DNA of 56,728 nucleotides, the filler included, from Catajapyx aquilonaris (lineage: Eukaryota): NCBI GenBank assembly GCA_000934665.2. It is 4 parts of 4 records of this genome, joined end to end, with 100 filler letters (N's around TTAATTAATTAA, not from the genome) between each part and the next. Parts side by side here need not be neighbours in the genome. Positions count along the whole stretch, not along the records: positions 1 to 14,104 come from JYFJ02007890.1; positions 14,205 to 28,295 come from JYFJ02007891.1; 2 more parts are not named here. One strand, 5' to 3'. This document shows, one piece after another, positions 12,150 through 24,130 of this stretch; the stretch's first letter is position 1, and each line of letters starts with the position of its first letter. Made by a program: the position numbers and the translations under genes. The notes beneath the pieces were generated by a model. It had not been told where the DNA came from. It searched no databases and saw only the letters and a list, made by a program, of their open reading frames with translations.

Positions 12150-12906
12150 CAAAGGTGGGCATCAGCTAACAGCTAATAACTGAACTAACTTTTCGTTAGC
12201 TGATTAGCTATTTTCGATAAATTTCCTGCCGCTAGCTGACTAATTAGCTCCCACTAAATTTAGTGCCGCACTGCAGCTAAATAAATTCACTCCATGGAGT
12301 GCCCCACCCATAAACTGGTCTATTTTATTCCCTGCCTAGGCCCTATCCCTATGGTGGAATCCCACTGGTGAGAATTGAAAGTCTTCCTTTCAATGTCCAA
12401 AAATGTGGGGGACTTCAAGGCCCTATGCCAACCATCACTCCCAAATGATGGAGTAAAAATGTAAGAGTATCAGTATATGTGACCAATAAGGCAATAAACC
12501 TTTTTGCTCTTTGGATTTCGTCGGGTGAGAATTACATGGTTGTAACTGCAATGAAAATCCTGTGTAGTTACAACCTTGTAATTCTCACCCAACGATTTGT
12601 TTATTACTTTTTGTGCGGAACAGTAAGTAACCAAATAAGATGTATTTGTAGCAATGATCTCTATAGAGATCATTGCTACAAGCCGATAAAGCCTATAGGC
12701 TTTATCGGCTTAGATCTGTTTTTTAAGGATCATAGTCATAGAGCAAAAAAATAAAACGGTTCCATTCCAAAATAAAAGTTAGCTGTTAGCATTAGTTTAC
12801 ACAAATTTTCTACCCAGTTAGCTTTAGCTATTTAGCAAATCAAAAAATTAGTTAGCTGATTAGCTGTTACAGAAGCTAATTTTTCGGTTAGCTGTGCCCA
12901 CCTCTG
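12150..12906. mobile_element. hAT-type MITE with TTAGCT subterminal repeats, nested in an older element
   Basis: Ends CAAAGGTGGGCA / TGCCCACCTCTG; perfect 8-bp TSD CTAATACG (12142-12149 and 12907-12914). Confidence 0.85.
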
Positions 12907-13035
12907 CTAATACGTTGGACGCCTGGAACTGTCAATGTATTAGGTTCGGTCAATAAATAATGAGCCGTATATTCATTGTGGAAAAATTATGGGGCATTCA
13001 ATAACGCTGATTGGCAGGGATAATCTTCAAACCTT

Positions 13036-13383
13036 CACTCAAAAAAAATATATAGTTGAACAAACCAAAAACATGTTTAATTCAACCAAATAGGAAGGTT
13101 AATATAGAACCTGCCAAAAATTTGGTTGAAGTAACCAAAAACATTTGGTTGTCGTTCTACAAAAATACTTGGTTGATGTAACCAACATTTTTGTTGACAT
13201 GGTGTACATTTGGTTGTGGTAGTTAAGGTTTTGGTTGAAACGATCGCATACCTCGACCAAAATGTTTTGGTTATACTTCAACCAATTCTGTTTTTTCAAT
13301 TCAGCTAAGATTTTGGTGAAAGCAACCAAATCTCACTCAACCAAATAGTTTTGGTTACTGTAACCATTTCGGTTTTTTCAGTG
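13036..13383. mobile_element. CACT...AGTG-ended MITE (CMC-like) with CAACCAAA subrepeats
   Basis: Ends CACTCAAAAAA / TTTTTTCAGTG, TT on both flanks, many CAACCAAA/TTTGGTTG units. Confidence 0.65.
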
Positions 13384-14104
13384 TTAAGGTGGAAATGAAG
13401 CGACTTGCTAGTCAAATGAGAGTCTAGAATTGGAATGTTAATACGAAGGGCTAAAATCAGGGAAACATACGCAACCGATGCAGCAGTAAATGCTGTTCAA
13501 TCCTATGCATTCCATTCGAATCTGCGTTTTAAACTCGATTTAATATGGGCCTATTACCGGCTGCAAGTTTTTGTGCGCAGGCGCAATTTCCACGACTGCC
13601 AACTTAAACATGGTATTTGGAGGTGTACTTAATATTTGTTATTTTTGATGGAAATCGATTTTATTCGGTCGTAATTACGAGGTCCCAATTTGTCATAGCA
13701 TTTTTAAAAGTTTAGTTCCGAAAGGGGAGCCTGTAGCTCTTCATTTGTGTCGGATTTGGAACACGTTCAGTTGGTACGCGTGTGACAGATAGAAGCGGCA
13801 ACGCAGCAAAGGTCCGGGCCAATTATCGCGTAGCAGTATGTGACGTCATTGCCGGGTGGATTCGAATCATTCGATTATTATATTATAATTATAACTATAT
13901 AAACTAATATAACGGTTCTGACGTCTGACAAACACCCCCGCCAAACGAAAATCCTGTGTGAGCCATTGTAAAAAAGCATCATACTAACTTGCACTCATAT
14001 CTCGCGGGCATAATTTCATTATCCACATAGGCTGGCGAGCCGATGCCGAATCCGAGAGCTTCGGCAAAATGCCGCCAGGTGGCTGCAAATAAAAAAGGAC
14101 AAAA

Positions 14105-14204
14105 NNNNNNNNNNNNNNNNNNNNNNNNNNNNNNNNNNNNNNNNNNNNTTAATTAATTAANNNNNNNNNNNNNNNNNNNNNNNNNNNNNNNNNNNNNNNN
14201 NNNN
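14105..14204. other. Artificial contig linker
   Basis: 44 N + TTAATTAATTAA + 44 N (stop codons in all six frames). Confidence 0.97.
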
Positions 14205-14650
14205 CGTCGCCGTAGTTGCGGAACTGGCAGTCAGCGCGGCGCTGCCAGATCGTCGCGTTCTTCCTGCCAGTTCTTATTGTTCACGGAGGGGGGTATTTTT
14301 AATCCCAAAGTTTGGCCAAACCAAGACTGCGACACTCGTGCCCTTTCACACACTTATGGTAATTCGGCGTAAAAACCTTGTCATGGGCTCGAACCTCACA
14401 GGTACCGACATGGAAAGGAGTGATTGCGGGTCAAAATCAAAAACTGTACCTGGCCGCGGCGGCCGCAAATATCGCCCCAGGAGAAAAATAAACGCACCAT
14501 CTCAAAGTGCAACTCTTTCGCGTCCAGATACTCCAGCCGATACCTCCATATTTGCGACCGTGACAGCGAGAGGAAGAAGTGTCAAACTCACGGGCCGGGC
14601 CGTGACGGGCTCCCCGCAACAATGGGACGCGGAGCCTATAGAGCGCGCTC
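14205..14650. mobile_element. End of a TTAA-targeting DNA element (Kolobok-like RR terminus), truncated by gap
   Basis: 14544-14650 is the reverse complement of about 26905-27016; ends GAGCGCGCTC|TTAA. Confidence 0.7.
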
Positions 14651-14705
14651 TTAAGGGGAACCAACATCACAATCACGGGAAGATGCACTTTTTCCATTGC
14701 TTTCA

Positions 14706-17700
14706 ATGAGTATATTTCCACAACTTTACTGTCCACCAAGTCAAGCGTCCCAAGAACTGGAAAGGACAGCCGCCGTACAAGCAGCTTGGTATCACGCTTC
14801 CTTCGCCGAGGCTCAGAGGCGTCAGAGGAAATTCTTTCGGGCAAGAATAAGCAGCATGGCGCTCAGCCAGTGGCTCAAGCTTGCAGTACTAGGTACCATG
14901 CATCAAGGAATCATGGCATAAATAACCTCGTATCGATGATCACATCATTGTAGACAGGGGACACCAGCAGCAGATTTCGACGCAGGACGAACCTCGGTGT
15001 CGTTCTTTGGACGCCTATGGAAACGAGCCTGATGCTTCACCGCCACCTCCCAGTGTTCAGCTACCTGAATCGGATGAGTTGTCAACAGCCGCCGACAGAT
15101 GACGACGATGACCTGCTGTCCTCCACTGGTGAGGACGACATTTTCGATGCGATTGCCCGCAACTCCCTGAGCGACCTGATGGGGATGCTGGAGAGAGGAT
15201 GCTCGCTGGTGAGCACGGACGTACTGAAGAGGACCCCACTGCACAGGGCGGTGTGTCTGGGTCACGTGGAGATGGTCCGGGTGCTGCTGGACGCCCATGC
15301 ACGTCAAGAACGGGATCCAGGGTCGCAGACCGCTGCAGCTGGCCGCCTGCAACGGTCATGTGGATTGCGTCCGGCTCCTTCTGTCCAAGGGGGCATTGGT
15401 CCACCTGAGGGACAACTGCGGGGACACTGCCCTCCTCATCGCGGCAGAGGCGGGTCACTCGGAGGTCATGCAGGAGCTGATCGCCCACGGGGCAGACCCA
15501 ACCGACGACAACGAGAAGGAGACAGCACTGCCCGTCGCCACCAAGAATGGAAACACCTCCTGCGTCGTGCTGCTGCTCGCCAACGGAGCGAACGTCAACG
15601 CAGTCGACGACGTCAATCGTACTCCGCTGCACTGGGCCGCCCTTCAGGTAATTGACACTATTACATTGGTATAACCCGCCTCATGTATTGTAACATGTGG
15701 CTTACAGGGCAACGACAGCATAGTTGAGCTGCTGGTGGAGAACGAAGCTGTGATGTGCCAGCAGCACGCTCGATCAGGAAACACTCCGCTTCACGAGGCC
15801 GTCGAGAACGGGAAGCTGTCGTCGCTACAGATCATGCTGGACAAGTCTGCCTCCTGCTCGGAGCTGATGGGGACCAAGAACAGGTACCGACACACTGTCC
15901 TGCATCACGCGTCCAAGAGGGGGGAGCTGGACATCCTCAGGCTGCTCAAGCACCACCAATCGGACGCTGGTATGCTCCTGGACATACCGGACAAGAGGGG
16001 AAGACGCTGGTCCACCTAGCCGCCGACTACGGACATCTGCCCGTCCTGTCCCAGCTGCTGGATTGGGGCGCCAGGATGGACCAGAAGGACAACAATGTCG
16101 ACACACCTCTGCACCTGGCCGCGAAGCACAATAGAGCCGACATAGCCTGGAAACTTCTGCAGTGCGGTGCTGATCTGTCGGCCAGGAACGCGCGAGGAAG
16201 CAGGCCGTACGACGTGCCCTTCGACGAAGGAAAGCACGACATGGCCAAGTGGCTTGTGGACATGCCTACCAAGAGGTTCCCAAACGAGCTGATCGACAAG
16301 GACGAGAACGCCAACAAGTGTCCGATGCGTCTGCACAAGGCGTCAGGGAAGGGAACCTGTCCTCCTTAAGAAACGAGCTGTCCGACAAAGCAGTGGACGT
16401 GGACGAGCAGGACGTGGACGGGAAGACCCCGCTGCATCTGGCAGCTCAGCAGGGGGACAAGAAGATGGTGTTCCATCTGCTGACTGCCGGAGCTGACGAG
16501 TGTCGTGCCAACCACCGAGGAAACATCGCTCTGCGCGAAATCAACGGTCACTACGACGTGCCTTGCTTCTGTCCTCGCTCAGGACCAACTTCGACCGCCA
16601 GCTGAACACGCACAACCTGATAGATGGATGCACCCCGCTGCACTGCATCATCAAACACAAGGCGTCGGACAGCTGGACCGAGTGCAGGACCAAGACCTTG
16701 CAGATGATGCTGGAGACGCCAAGGGTGATGGTCAACGCCAGAAACGACGAAGGGGCCAATGCGCTGCACACGGCGTTGGCTAAGCAGTGCGGACAGGAGG
16801 TGGTCAGGCTGCTCATACAGAACATGGGCGACCCGAGGGTCAAGGTCGCTTGTTACACTGCGGAACAGATGCTGAAGGAGCGTCATCCGGGGCTGATGCC
16901 CTTGCTGGACAAGCAGTTCGAGCTGGACGGAGACGATGCGGATCGTCGTCGAAAGGCGCTGTTCAAGTCGCTGTACTGCCAGCGGGAGGACATCTTCCTG
17001 CATTACCTCCGAGACGCATCGCAGGAAGACCTGACCGCGGACGACGGCGGATACACCCTCCTGCAGCTGTCCAGCATCCTCGGTATGGACAAGTGCGTCA
17101 AGGCCCTGCTCAAGAAGGGATCGGATCCGAACGGGATATCCAGAGTGTCCCGTCCCTCCGCTGCTCCTGTCCGCAGCATGGGGTCACAGATCGGCCCTGG
17201 AGACGACCCTCCAGACCAACAAGGGCATCCGGCTGGACGCCACCACAGCGGACGGAGACAACATCCTGCACGTCCTGTCCGGCAGAGAGGACAACGCGGT
17301 TCGAGCCATGTTCTGCGTGTCCACCAGGCAGCAGACGCGAGGCGCCGTTTGCCGCGCGACATTTTTTTGTGAAATGGCCTTAACAACAAGAAGCACGACT
17401 ACGACAACTGCTTCCAGTCCTTCCTGACCTACCTGGAGTCCAAGGAGCTGTTCCCCTAATACATCAACGAGATCAACAGCCAGGGACTGACCCCTTTGCA
17501 CGTGGCCATCGACAAGAGCTCCGAGCTGGTGGTGTCCAGGCTGCTCTGCCAGGGAGCCGACCCATCGATCAAGGACAGCGATGGCTCGGTGCCCATACAC
17601 GACATACCGGAGGACACCCTCCGATCGTGCTCCGATCCTACCTGGACTACTGCGTGGTAGGCATGCAGTTAAACTCGACCGAGTACTACTGCATTCCGCA

Positions 17701-19121
17701 GCATTGCATGACCATTAAGTACGACCTGCTGCGACCTCCCATAGGACAGTCCGAGCTGGACAGACTGGAGCACTTCCACCTGAACAAGAAGCATCGGAAG
17801 CTACTGAAGCACCCAATGTTCTCCAGCTTCCTGTACCTCAAGTGGCAGTGCTTGTCCACAGTCTTCTTCTGGTTACCTTGTGTCGTACACCATGTTCATC
17901 TCCTGCTGGACAGTCAACGTCGGACTGACCACCGGACGGCAGAGGGCCATGTCGGACCCCACCACCCACGAGTACATTAGCCGAGTGCTGGCCATCGTCT
18001 TCCTGCTCATGTTTCTCCCTCGAGAGCTGCTCCAGCTGTTCGGATACTTCAGCCGGTCCAAGTCCAAGTACTTCCTGACTTTCGAGACGCTGATCGAGAT
18101 TACGGTTCTGGCCTGCGCAGTCAGCGCCCTGTTCGTCGAGCTTCCTCCGACGGACAGAGTGCAGCTGGAGATATTCGGGCTTCTGCTGGGCTGGCTCCAG
18201 GTGGTGCTGATCATCGGACGGTTCCCTCGTCTGTCCAGGTACGTGGAGATGTTCTCCACCGTGGTCAAGAACTACCTGGTGTTCCTCGGGGTCTTCTCCG
18301 CTCTCATCTTCGGGTTCGCCTTCTGCTTCTTCATCGCCTTCCACACGTGCCAAGATGAGACTCCCACCGTCAACACCAGCAGCAACAAACGCCTCCGTCG
18401 CGTCGGTCACTCGTACAACGAGTGCAACAAGTTCTTCCAGTCTCCTGGCACCCTCGCGGTGAAGATGCTGGTGATGACGGTCGGAGAGCAGGAGCTGCAG
18501 GGGATCCCTTTCTCCGGTGCTCCACAGCCTGTCACATACCTCCTGTACGTCCTCTTCCTCTTCCTGGTGGTGGTGGTTCTGATGAACCTCCTGAACGCGC
18601 TGGCAGTCAGCGACACCCAGACCATCTGGGACCAGGCCGAGCTCTATGGACTGCTCTCCAGGGCCAGGCAAGTCTGCTACGTCGAGTACTTCTTCTTCTG
18701 GCAGTTCGGAACCCTCGAACAGCAAATGGCCCTTCAGGAGCGACCGGTGGAGGCACGTCCTGTCTACTAAACATTACATGACATTGACAACCATTTTTGG
18801 CAGGCTGTTGTGGCACAGGATGTGGGAGAGGATGCAGAGGAAGGTCCTCCTGTTCCCCAAGATCCCAAAGGGTCAGGTGCGGGACGGGAGGGTCAAGTTC
18901 ACGTCCTGGAAGCTGCCCAAGGAGATAGTGGAGTCTCTCAGGTCGATGGCAGACAAGTTCCAGAAGAAGGTGAAGAAGAGGAAGCAGGCAGGGGACACGG
19001 AGGAGTGCCACAGGGAAATCAGAGCCTCAGGGAGTCCCTCAGGACCATCCAGGGCGAGCTCAAGGAATTCTCAGTCATCTGCGAGGGAGACGTCTGCAGG
19101 ACCAGGAAGAAGAAAACTTGA
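14706..19121 (+). pseudogene. pain: Painless-like TRPA channel pseudogene (about 20 ankyrin repeats, TRP transmembrane region, C-terminal helix)
   Basis: Many TPLH-type repeats; LLKHPMFSSFLYLKW, RELLQL, IGRFP, LMNLLNALAVSDTQ..QAEL resemble painless; GT-AG introns 14893-14953, 15648-15707, 18747-18803; frameshifts near 15090, 15298, 15998, 16345, 16560, 17152, 17875, 18715, 19020; insertion 17296-17381; TAA 17457-17459; 11-bp insertion 17627-17637; AATAAA 19295-19300. Confidence 0.85.
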
Positions 19122-20016
19122 CAGGAGGGGGGCACGTAACTCCTGTTGTTAGAATAGAAAATGTGTTGCATAGCTTCCGCAAAACTGCAATTTATTATTG
19201 TGCGTTTGTACAAATGACCACCCTCCAATGCAGTATTCCATGACTACATGTGCAAGTATTACAGGGTTGATTGGTCAAACAATATGCACTTCACAATAAA
19301 TACCGAATAATGCACAAAACTGCACTACATACCACATGATTGTGGGTTGCATTACGAAATATTACATCATGACCAATGCGCATCCACCAAGTTGCAGCTA
19401 TGATCACCGAGATGAAAAGCTCACGGTGGAATGTGCACGTAATGTGCGGGTATCATATCAAGGGAAGGGATGCAGCTAATGAAAGGAACACAACAGCTAA
19501 ATCAGCCCAAGTGTCTGACTCCCCAATATTTTTAAACTGCACAAACGCTTGCATACAATTTATTGCTAACTAACCCCACACGCAGTTCCAAATAACAATA
19601 ATGGTAACTCCCAACAATAGCCATGTTGCAGCCACAAAAACCCGCTGGGATGGCAATGCATGGCATGGCACCCCCACTACACATTGATAGGCAAGGAAGG
19701 ATAAATAAACATGATTGTGCGGGGGGAAAAAAAGGCCCACTGAGAGTGGGAAATACTGCAGCATGATGCAGTGCATTAGAAATCTCAACTAATATTTTGG
19801 GCACTGCCATTCTATGCAGGCAGCGTCAAGAAAACATAATACCCAGCTGGAAATTACACGTTCGTTGCTTTAGGACTGCTTGATTTTCCAAACACACTTT
19901 CCCCCCCACAATTTCAGAGTGACTTGTCACAACATAAGGAGCAAGTCCCTTGCAATATTACAAATACACTAAACAGACACGATTTATAAACAAAGACCCG
20001 AGGATGGGGATTGCAT

Positions 20017-20046
20017 ATCAATCAATCAATCAATCAATCAATCAAT
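20017..20046. repeat. (TCAA)n microsatellite
   Basis: About 7 tandem TCAA units. Confidence 0.9.
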
Positions 20047-20595
20047 TTTATTTTAACCTCCCTATATAAGCATAGGGAGGGACTCCACTCTTTTTCGTAA
20101 ACATACAGTTGGTAATTACAAGATGTTTTTATGCCATTTGGCTACATACACCAAAAATAGGTATATCGCCTTCTGTTGTACTATGGATGGTTCGTGGAGG
20201 ATATGCCAGATATTTTCACATTGTATTACAGGGATAACTCTTTGTAGCTTGTACCTTCTTGGGGATTGCATAAGTGTAATACATGTTTCCTGAGGATTCA
20301 ATAATTAGTTTCCCAGTGTGCATGGCATAATTTTTTTTGTCCGTATAAGTTATTATAACTATGAGCCTACACCTTTGTATCTAAGAGAAAACTATTACAA
20401 TAACTACTTTTTTTAGTCAGATATTAACGGGGTTATTCCAGACCATGTAGGTCCTTAAACCCCGGGCCCCCCATAGGGCCTATATCATCACTCTAAGTAG
20501 CATACATTCACTGGCAGTGAAAAACGGAGCATTAGACAATAATGCCAGTTGATTGATGTTGGCCTAGAAAACTGGAATGATCTTAGGAATAACTC

Positions 20596-21891
20596 TTAAA
20601 CCCTGATAACCAAATCGGGCATGGCAAAAGCCAACACAGGGAGATGCACATACATGACACGTGGAGCTCCCTTTACCACTATCTGCTGCAGCTCGTGCAG
20701 GTACCTCGGTATAACATCCAGGCACGTTCCGTTCAGAGACGTATTTCCGCTGAGGTTCAGCTTGGTTATCAGATGGCACCTGGAAAAGACATGCTTCAGG
20801 CCCAAGTCAGTCAGTCCTGTGCAGGACTCCAGGTCCAGGTAGACAAGATTAGGGCAGTTGGCCCCAATGGCAAACAGGACATCCTGATCTACACCAGGGC
20901 TATGCGACAGGTCAAGGTGTTCCAATGAGGCACCAATGCCCACGAAAAGGGGGCAGAAAGACTCCGATGTCAGAAGAAGAATACACGAGAGCTTCAGATC
21001 TGTGATTCCCTTCAATCACTTCAATCCCTCGCAGACCCCAACATCAGTCACAGCTGGGGAACCCCTCACATGGAGTGCACGGAGTTTCGTGCACCGACGC
21101 AGGGCAATGAAGGTCCTGTTTGTTAACAACCTTCCAGGCAGGAACAACTTGACTATTCGTCCACTCAAGGCCTCCAAACCGGCCACGATTTGGTCTTCAG
21201 TCGCCGGGTTCAAGCCTGACAGCTCAATCTCAGTCAGAAGTGGACAATTTCGGGCCATCCGAACGAAGCTCTCTCCGTCTGATGGCAAGTTGCGGTCCTT
21301 CACTGTCAATGTGCGAAGGTTGGACATCTTGGACAGGGGTCCCTGCCTGCATTGGCGTCCATGGAGGCGCAGGGGAAGCCCTTCCACATGCAGGTGGGCC
21401 AGTTGCTTGCACCCGGCAGCCACCTTCTCCAGAAGCGACTCACTGATATCAGCACAGCGCAGAAGTGTGAGGGACCTCAGGTTGGGGCAGTGATTGGACA
21501 CCACGTTGCCCAACACTTTCTCAAGGTCGAACCGGTCCTCCAGCACAAGCTCTCTCAGCATGGGAGCCTTTCTTAGCATGCCTCGAACCTGAGAAGTGGG
21601 CTTGTGGTAATCTCTGATGGAAATCTTGAGCCAGCAGGCCGGGTGGCTGATCAGAGTGTGCCACTCGGAGCACACCCAATATGGGCCACGAAGGAGCTCC
21701 TGCACAGTCAGGAGGGAGAAGATGTACTGCTTGATTTCAGGCGGGAGGTCCACAAAGCCTGCGGGGGAAGGTTCAGGAGGCACTGCTGCGGCCGCGTCCC
21801 CTTGCTGCCCCTGCTCGGCCACTGCAGCTGGAGAGGGCCCCTGGACATCCTTCTTCCGCACCCTAGTCTTCCGCTTGGGACGCTTGGGGGG
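20596..21891 (-). pseudogene. F-box/LRR (FBXL-like) exon B with a single in-frame TGA
   Basis: F-box FVDLPPEIKQYIFSLLTVQELL..VCSEWH; cysteine-containing LRRs (CPNLRSLTL, GANCPNLVYLDL); ORFs 21016-21861 and 20596-21015 are in one frame separated only by TGA 21016-21018; acceptor GGCTAAC..CTTTCAG|CCC at 21892, phase 0. Confidence 0.85.
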
Positions 21892-22628
21892 CTGAAAGCG
21901 TTCAGGTTTGTGTTAGCCATCAGAAGAGTAAAAAAATAGTTGCAATGTTCTTGATTATGACCTGTAACTGCACGCACATATCACCACGGTGCATTTAACT
22001 GCCAACTTCAACAGCAAAGGAGAAAGTGTTATTTAACCAGCCCTTGACAATTCAATGCCAGATTCTGAAGAGCATCACTATGGCGGTGGGTTTCCATTCA
22101 CTACACTAGAAATATGCCCAACTACCCACTTGCCCATAATGAAATAACAAATCCAATCTGATCAGTTCCACAGCTTTAATTATGCAATCATACACCATAC
22201 TAACGGCATTAACGCAAGAAGAGAGAGAAAGGAACACACCATCCTGCAAATTAACCTTGGCAACACCAATCAATCACTTACATTTCACGTCATGACCCAG
22301 AACTCCCAATTATTCAAAAGGAAGTCATAATAATCGGTAATATAAAGAGCTAATAACTGAGAGCATGTGACAAGTCCTTTGCCGTGACTGAACCTCTGAT
22401 GGAGCAGGGAAGTGTTGCGATTAGTTTCCCTCTGGCGCGACTAGGCCGAACCAAGAAGGGAACCTTTGTCCCGCCCGCAGAGGCGTGGCATCTTCAGGGG
22501 GTCAACTCTTTCCGTTCCTCATGTATCACCTTGGGTTGGCGTGGGTGCGAAGAAAGGCCCCAGGGCTCCTGGACTTTGACTCCCCCTGCCCAGAATGGTA
22601 GGCCCACGGAGTCAAGACTCCGTGGGAT

Positions 22629-23034
22629 GGGGTCAGATAAGTCACACCATTTTCCTAATCTACCCTCCTCGGGCTTATCACAGGTAGGGAAGTGAACTTT
22701 TTAAAATAATCCGCAAACTTTTTTAAGGACGCACCTTTTTGCATTTTTGACGGCAAATATGAATTCGAAGTTGTCGAAAACCTATCTTTTCATACTCGAT
22801 TCGTACCAGGCATGTCACAAACAGGCCCACGGAAACCCATGTGTATATTAAGAAAACTTGTTGAAGTTATCATGCTAGATCTACTTTTGACATGGCTGGT
22901 ATGAATCAGGTATGAAAATATAGGTTTTCGACACCTTAGAATTCATATTTGCTGTCAAAAATGCAAAAGGGTNCCCCCCCCCCCCTGACATAAGCCCAAG
23001 GAGGGTAGATTAGGATCTCACTTATCTGACCCCC
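22629..23034. mobile_element. Palindromic MITE
   Basis: GGGGTCAGATAAGT..CCTAATCTACCCTCC mirrored by GGAGGGTAGATTAGG..ACTTATCTGACCCC; inner arms about 22735-22820 and 22888-22971. Confidence 0.75.
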
Positions 23035-23291
23035 TCCTACCATGACCAGTCCAAACCCTTGCACTGTTGAAATTTACAGCTCTACAATTATTATTTTTTG
23101 AAGTTCATCATGTTCTGATTCCTACTATAGATCAAAAATGCACTTGTTATTAATTTTTATTTCAGTTTTGCCAACGATTAAAAACAATCAAAAACGCGCC
23201 GTTTTTGATCTAACGCGTCTGGTGCACCCGGCACTAAATCTTTAGCTGATGACTCGCAATCATCTTGATTTGTAAGGAAGCTGTGGAGCCT

Positions 23292-24130
23292 ATAACAACA
23301 AAAACAACAACACCATCACGACATTTCCCTATAAGGGGTAGTCAGCGACGATGGGAGCCACAAGGTAACCCAAAATGAGTTAACTAAATTAAAACTTGTA
23401 AAAATCAGCCTATAAACCACCCATCCGGGCCCCCACCCATGCCCATCTCAGACGACAAAATCCCAATATTAAATTTTAAATTTAAATATTACACGACTAT
23501 GAGAATCCCCCCCCCCGGAAGAGGAATCAGCAACTGTTAAATTCCTCCAAGTGACTAGAATATTCGCCTCCAAACGACCAGAACACCCACCTATGGATGA
23601 GTGCATATAAACACGTGACTATGCCCAACCACTCGGGCAAAATTGAATCCAAATGACACATTCTTTTCCAAGGTATTTGACCTCTTTTCCTGCTCTGTCC
23701 CTCCCGGTCACCCTCGAGCCGGTATGGTTTATGTGCCCCCCGAGGACATCGAGCCTATTTGGGAACCCCCTCCACAATAACCTTGACCCCCACCCCACCC
23801 CCACCCCCCCCCCACGGACCATCTTCTTGCAAGAGAAGCCCATGTGTCCCGTGGTGGGTCTGTATAGGAACTGGTCTCTGATTGGCCACTGGCCGAGTGC
23901 GTAGGACCTTCCTCCAAGGAGGGGGCGTGGTGGACGTGGTTCGGGTGGGGNNNNNGGGGGGGGGGGGGGGGGGGGGTCGGAGACTGTACCCTGATGACGA
24001 CAGAGGGGAATATTCCCTCCCGTGTAAATTAGCTGCCTACATTTGGCCGTGCCCGTCTGGGGAGTCGCCAGTTCCGCGGAGAGGATGAGAAACCCAGCTA
24101 TACGGCAGGGATAGGGCACTCGGAGGCTCT
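23292..24130 (-). mobile_element. Short non-LTR retroelement derivative with (TTG)n tail
   Basis: (CAA)n on + at 23294-23312; 3' part shared with 2735-3260; GC-rich structured 5' end near 24120. The 5' boundary is inferred. Confidence 0.5.

Noticed and set aside
13036..13383. CRISPR-like spaced repeats (CAACCAAA units)
   Set aside because: Short, irregular, bidirectional subterminal repeats of a MITE in eukaryotic DNA; no cas genes.
14149..14160. TTAATTAATTAA as a biological repeated motif or TTAA target site
   Set aside because: Always centred in exactly 44+44 Ns; synthetic linker.
17838..18725. 295-aa minus-strand ORF and other antisense ORFs across 15-26 kb
   Set aside because: Shadows of GC3-rich sense coding sequence of the TRPA and F-box genes.
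21016..21018. Selenocysteine codon
   Set aside because: The paralog has Arg, not Cys, at this position and I saw no SECIS-like element.
23990..24030. Hammerhead ribozyme at CTGATGA
   Set aside because: No GAAA core following a stem II.
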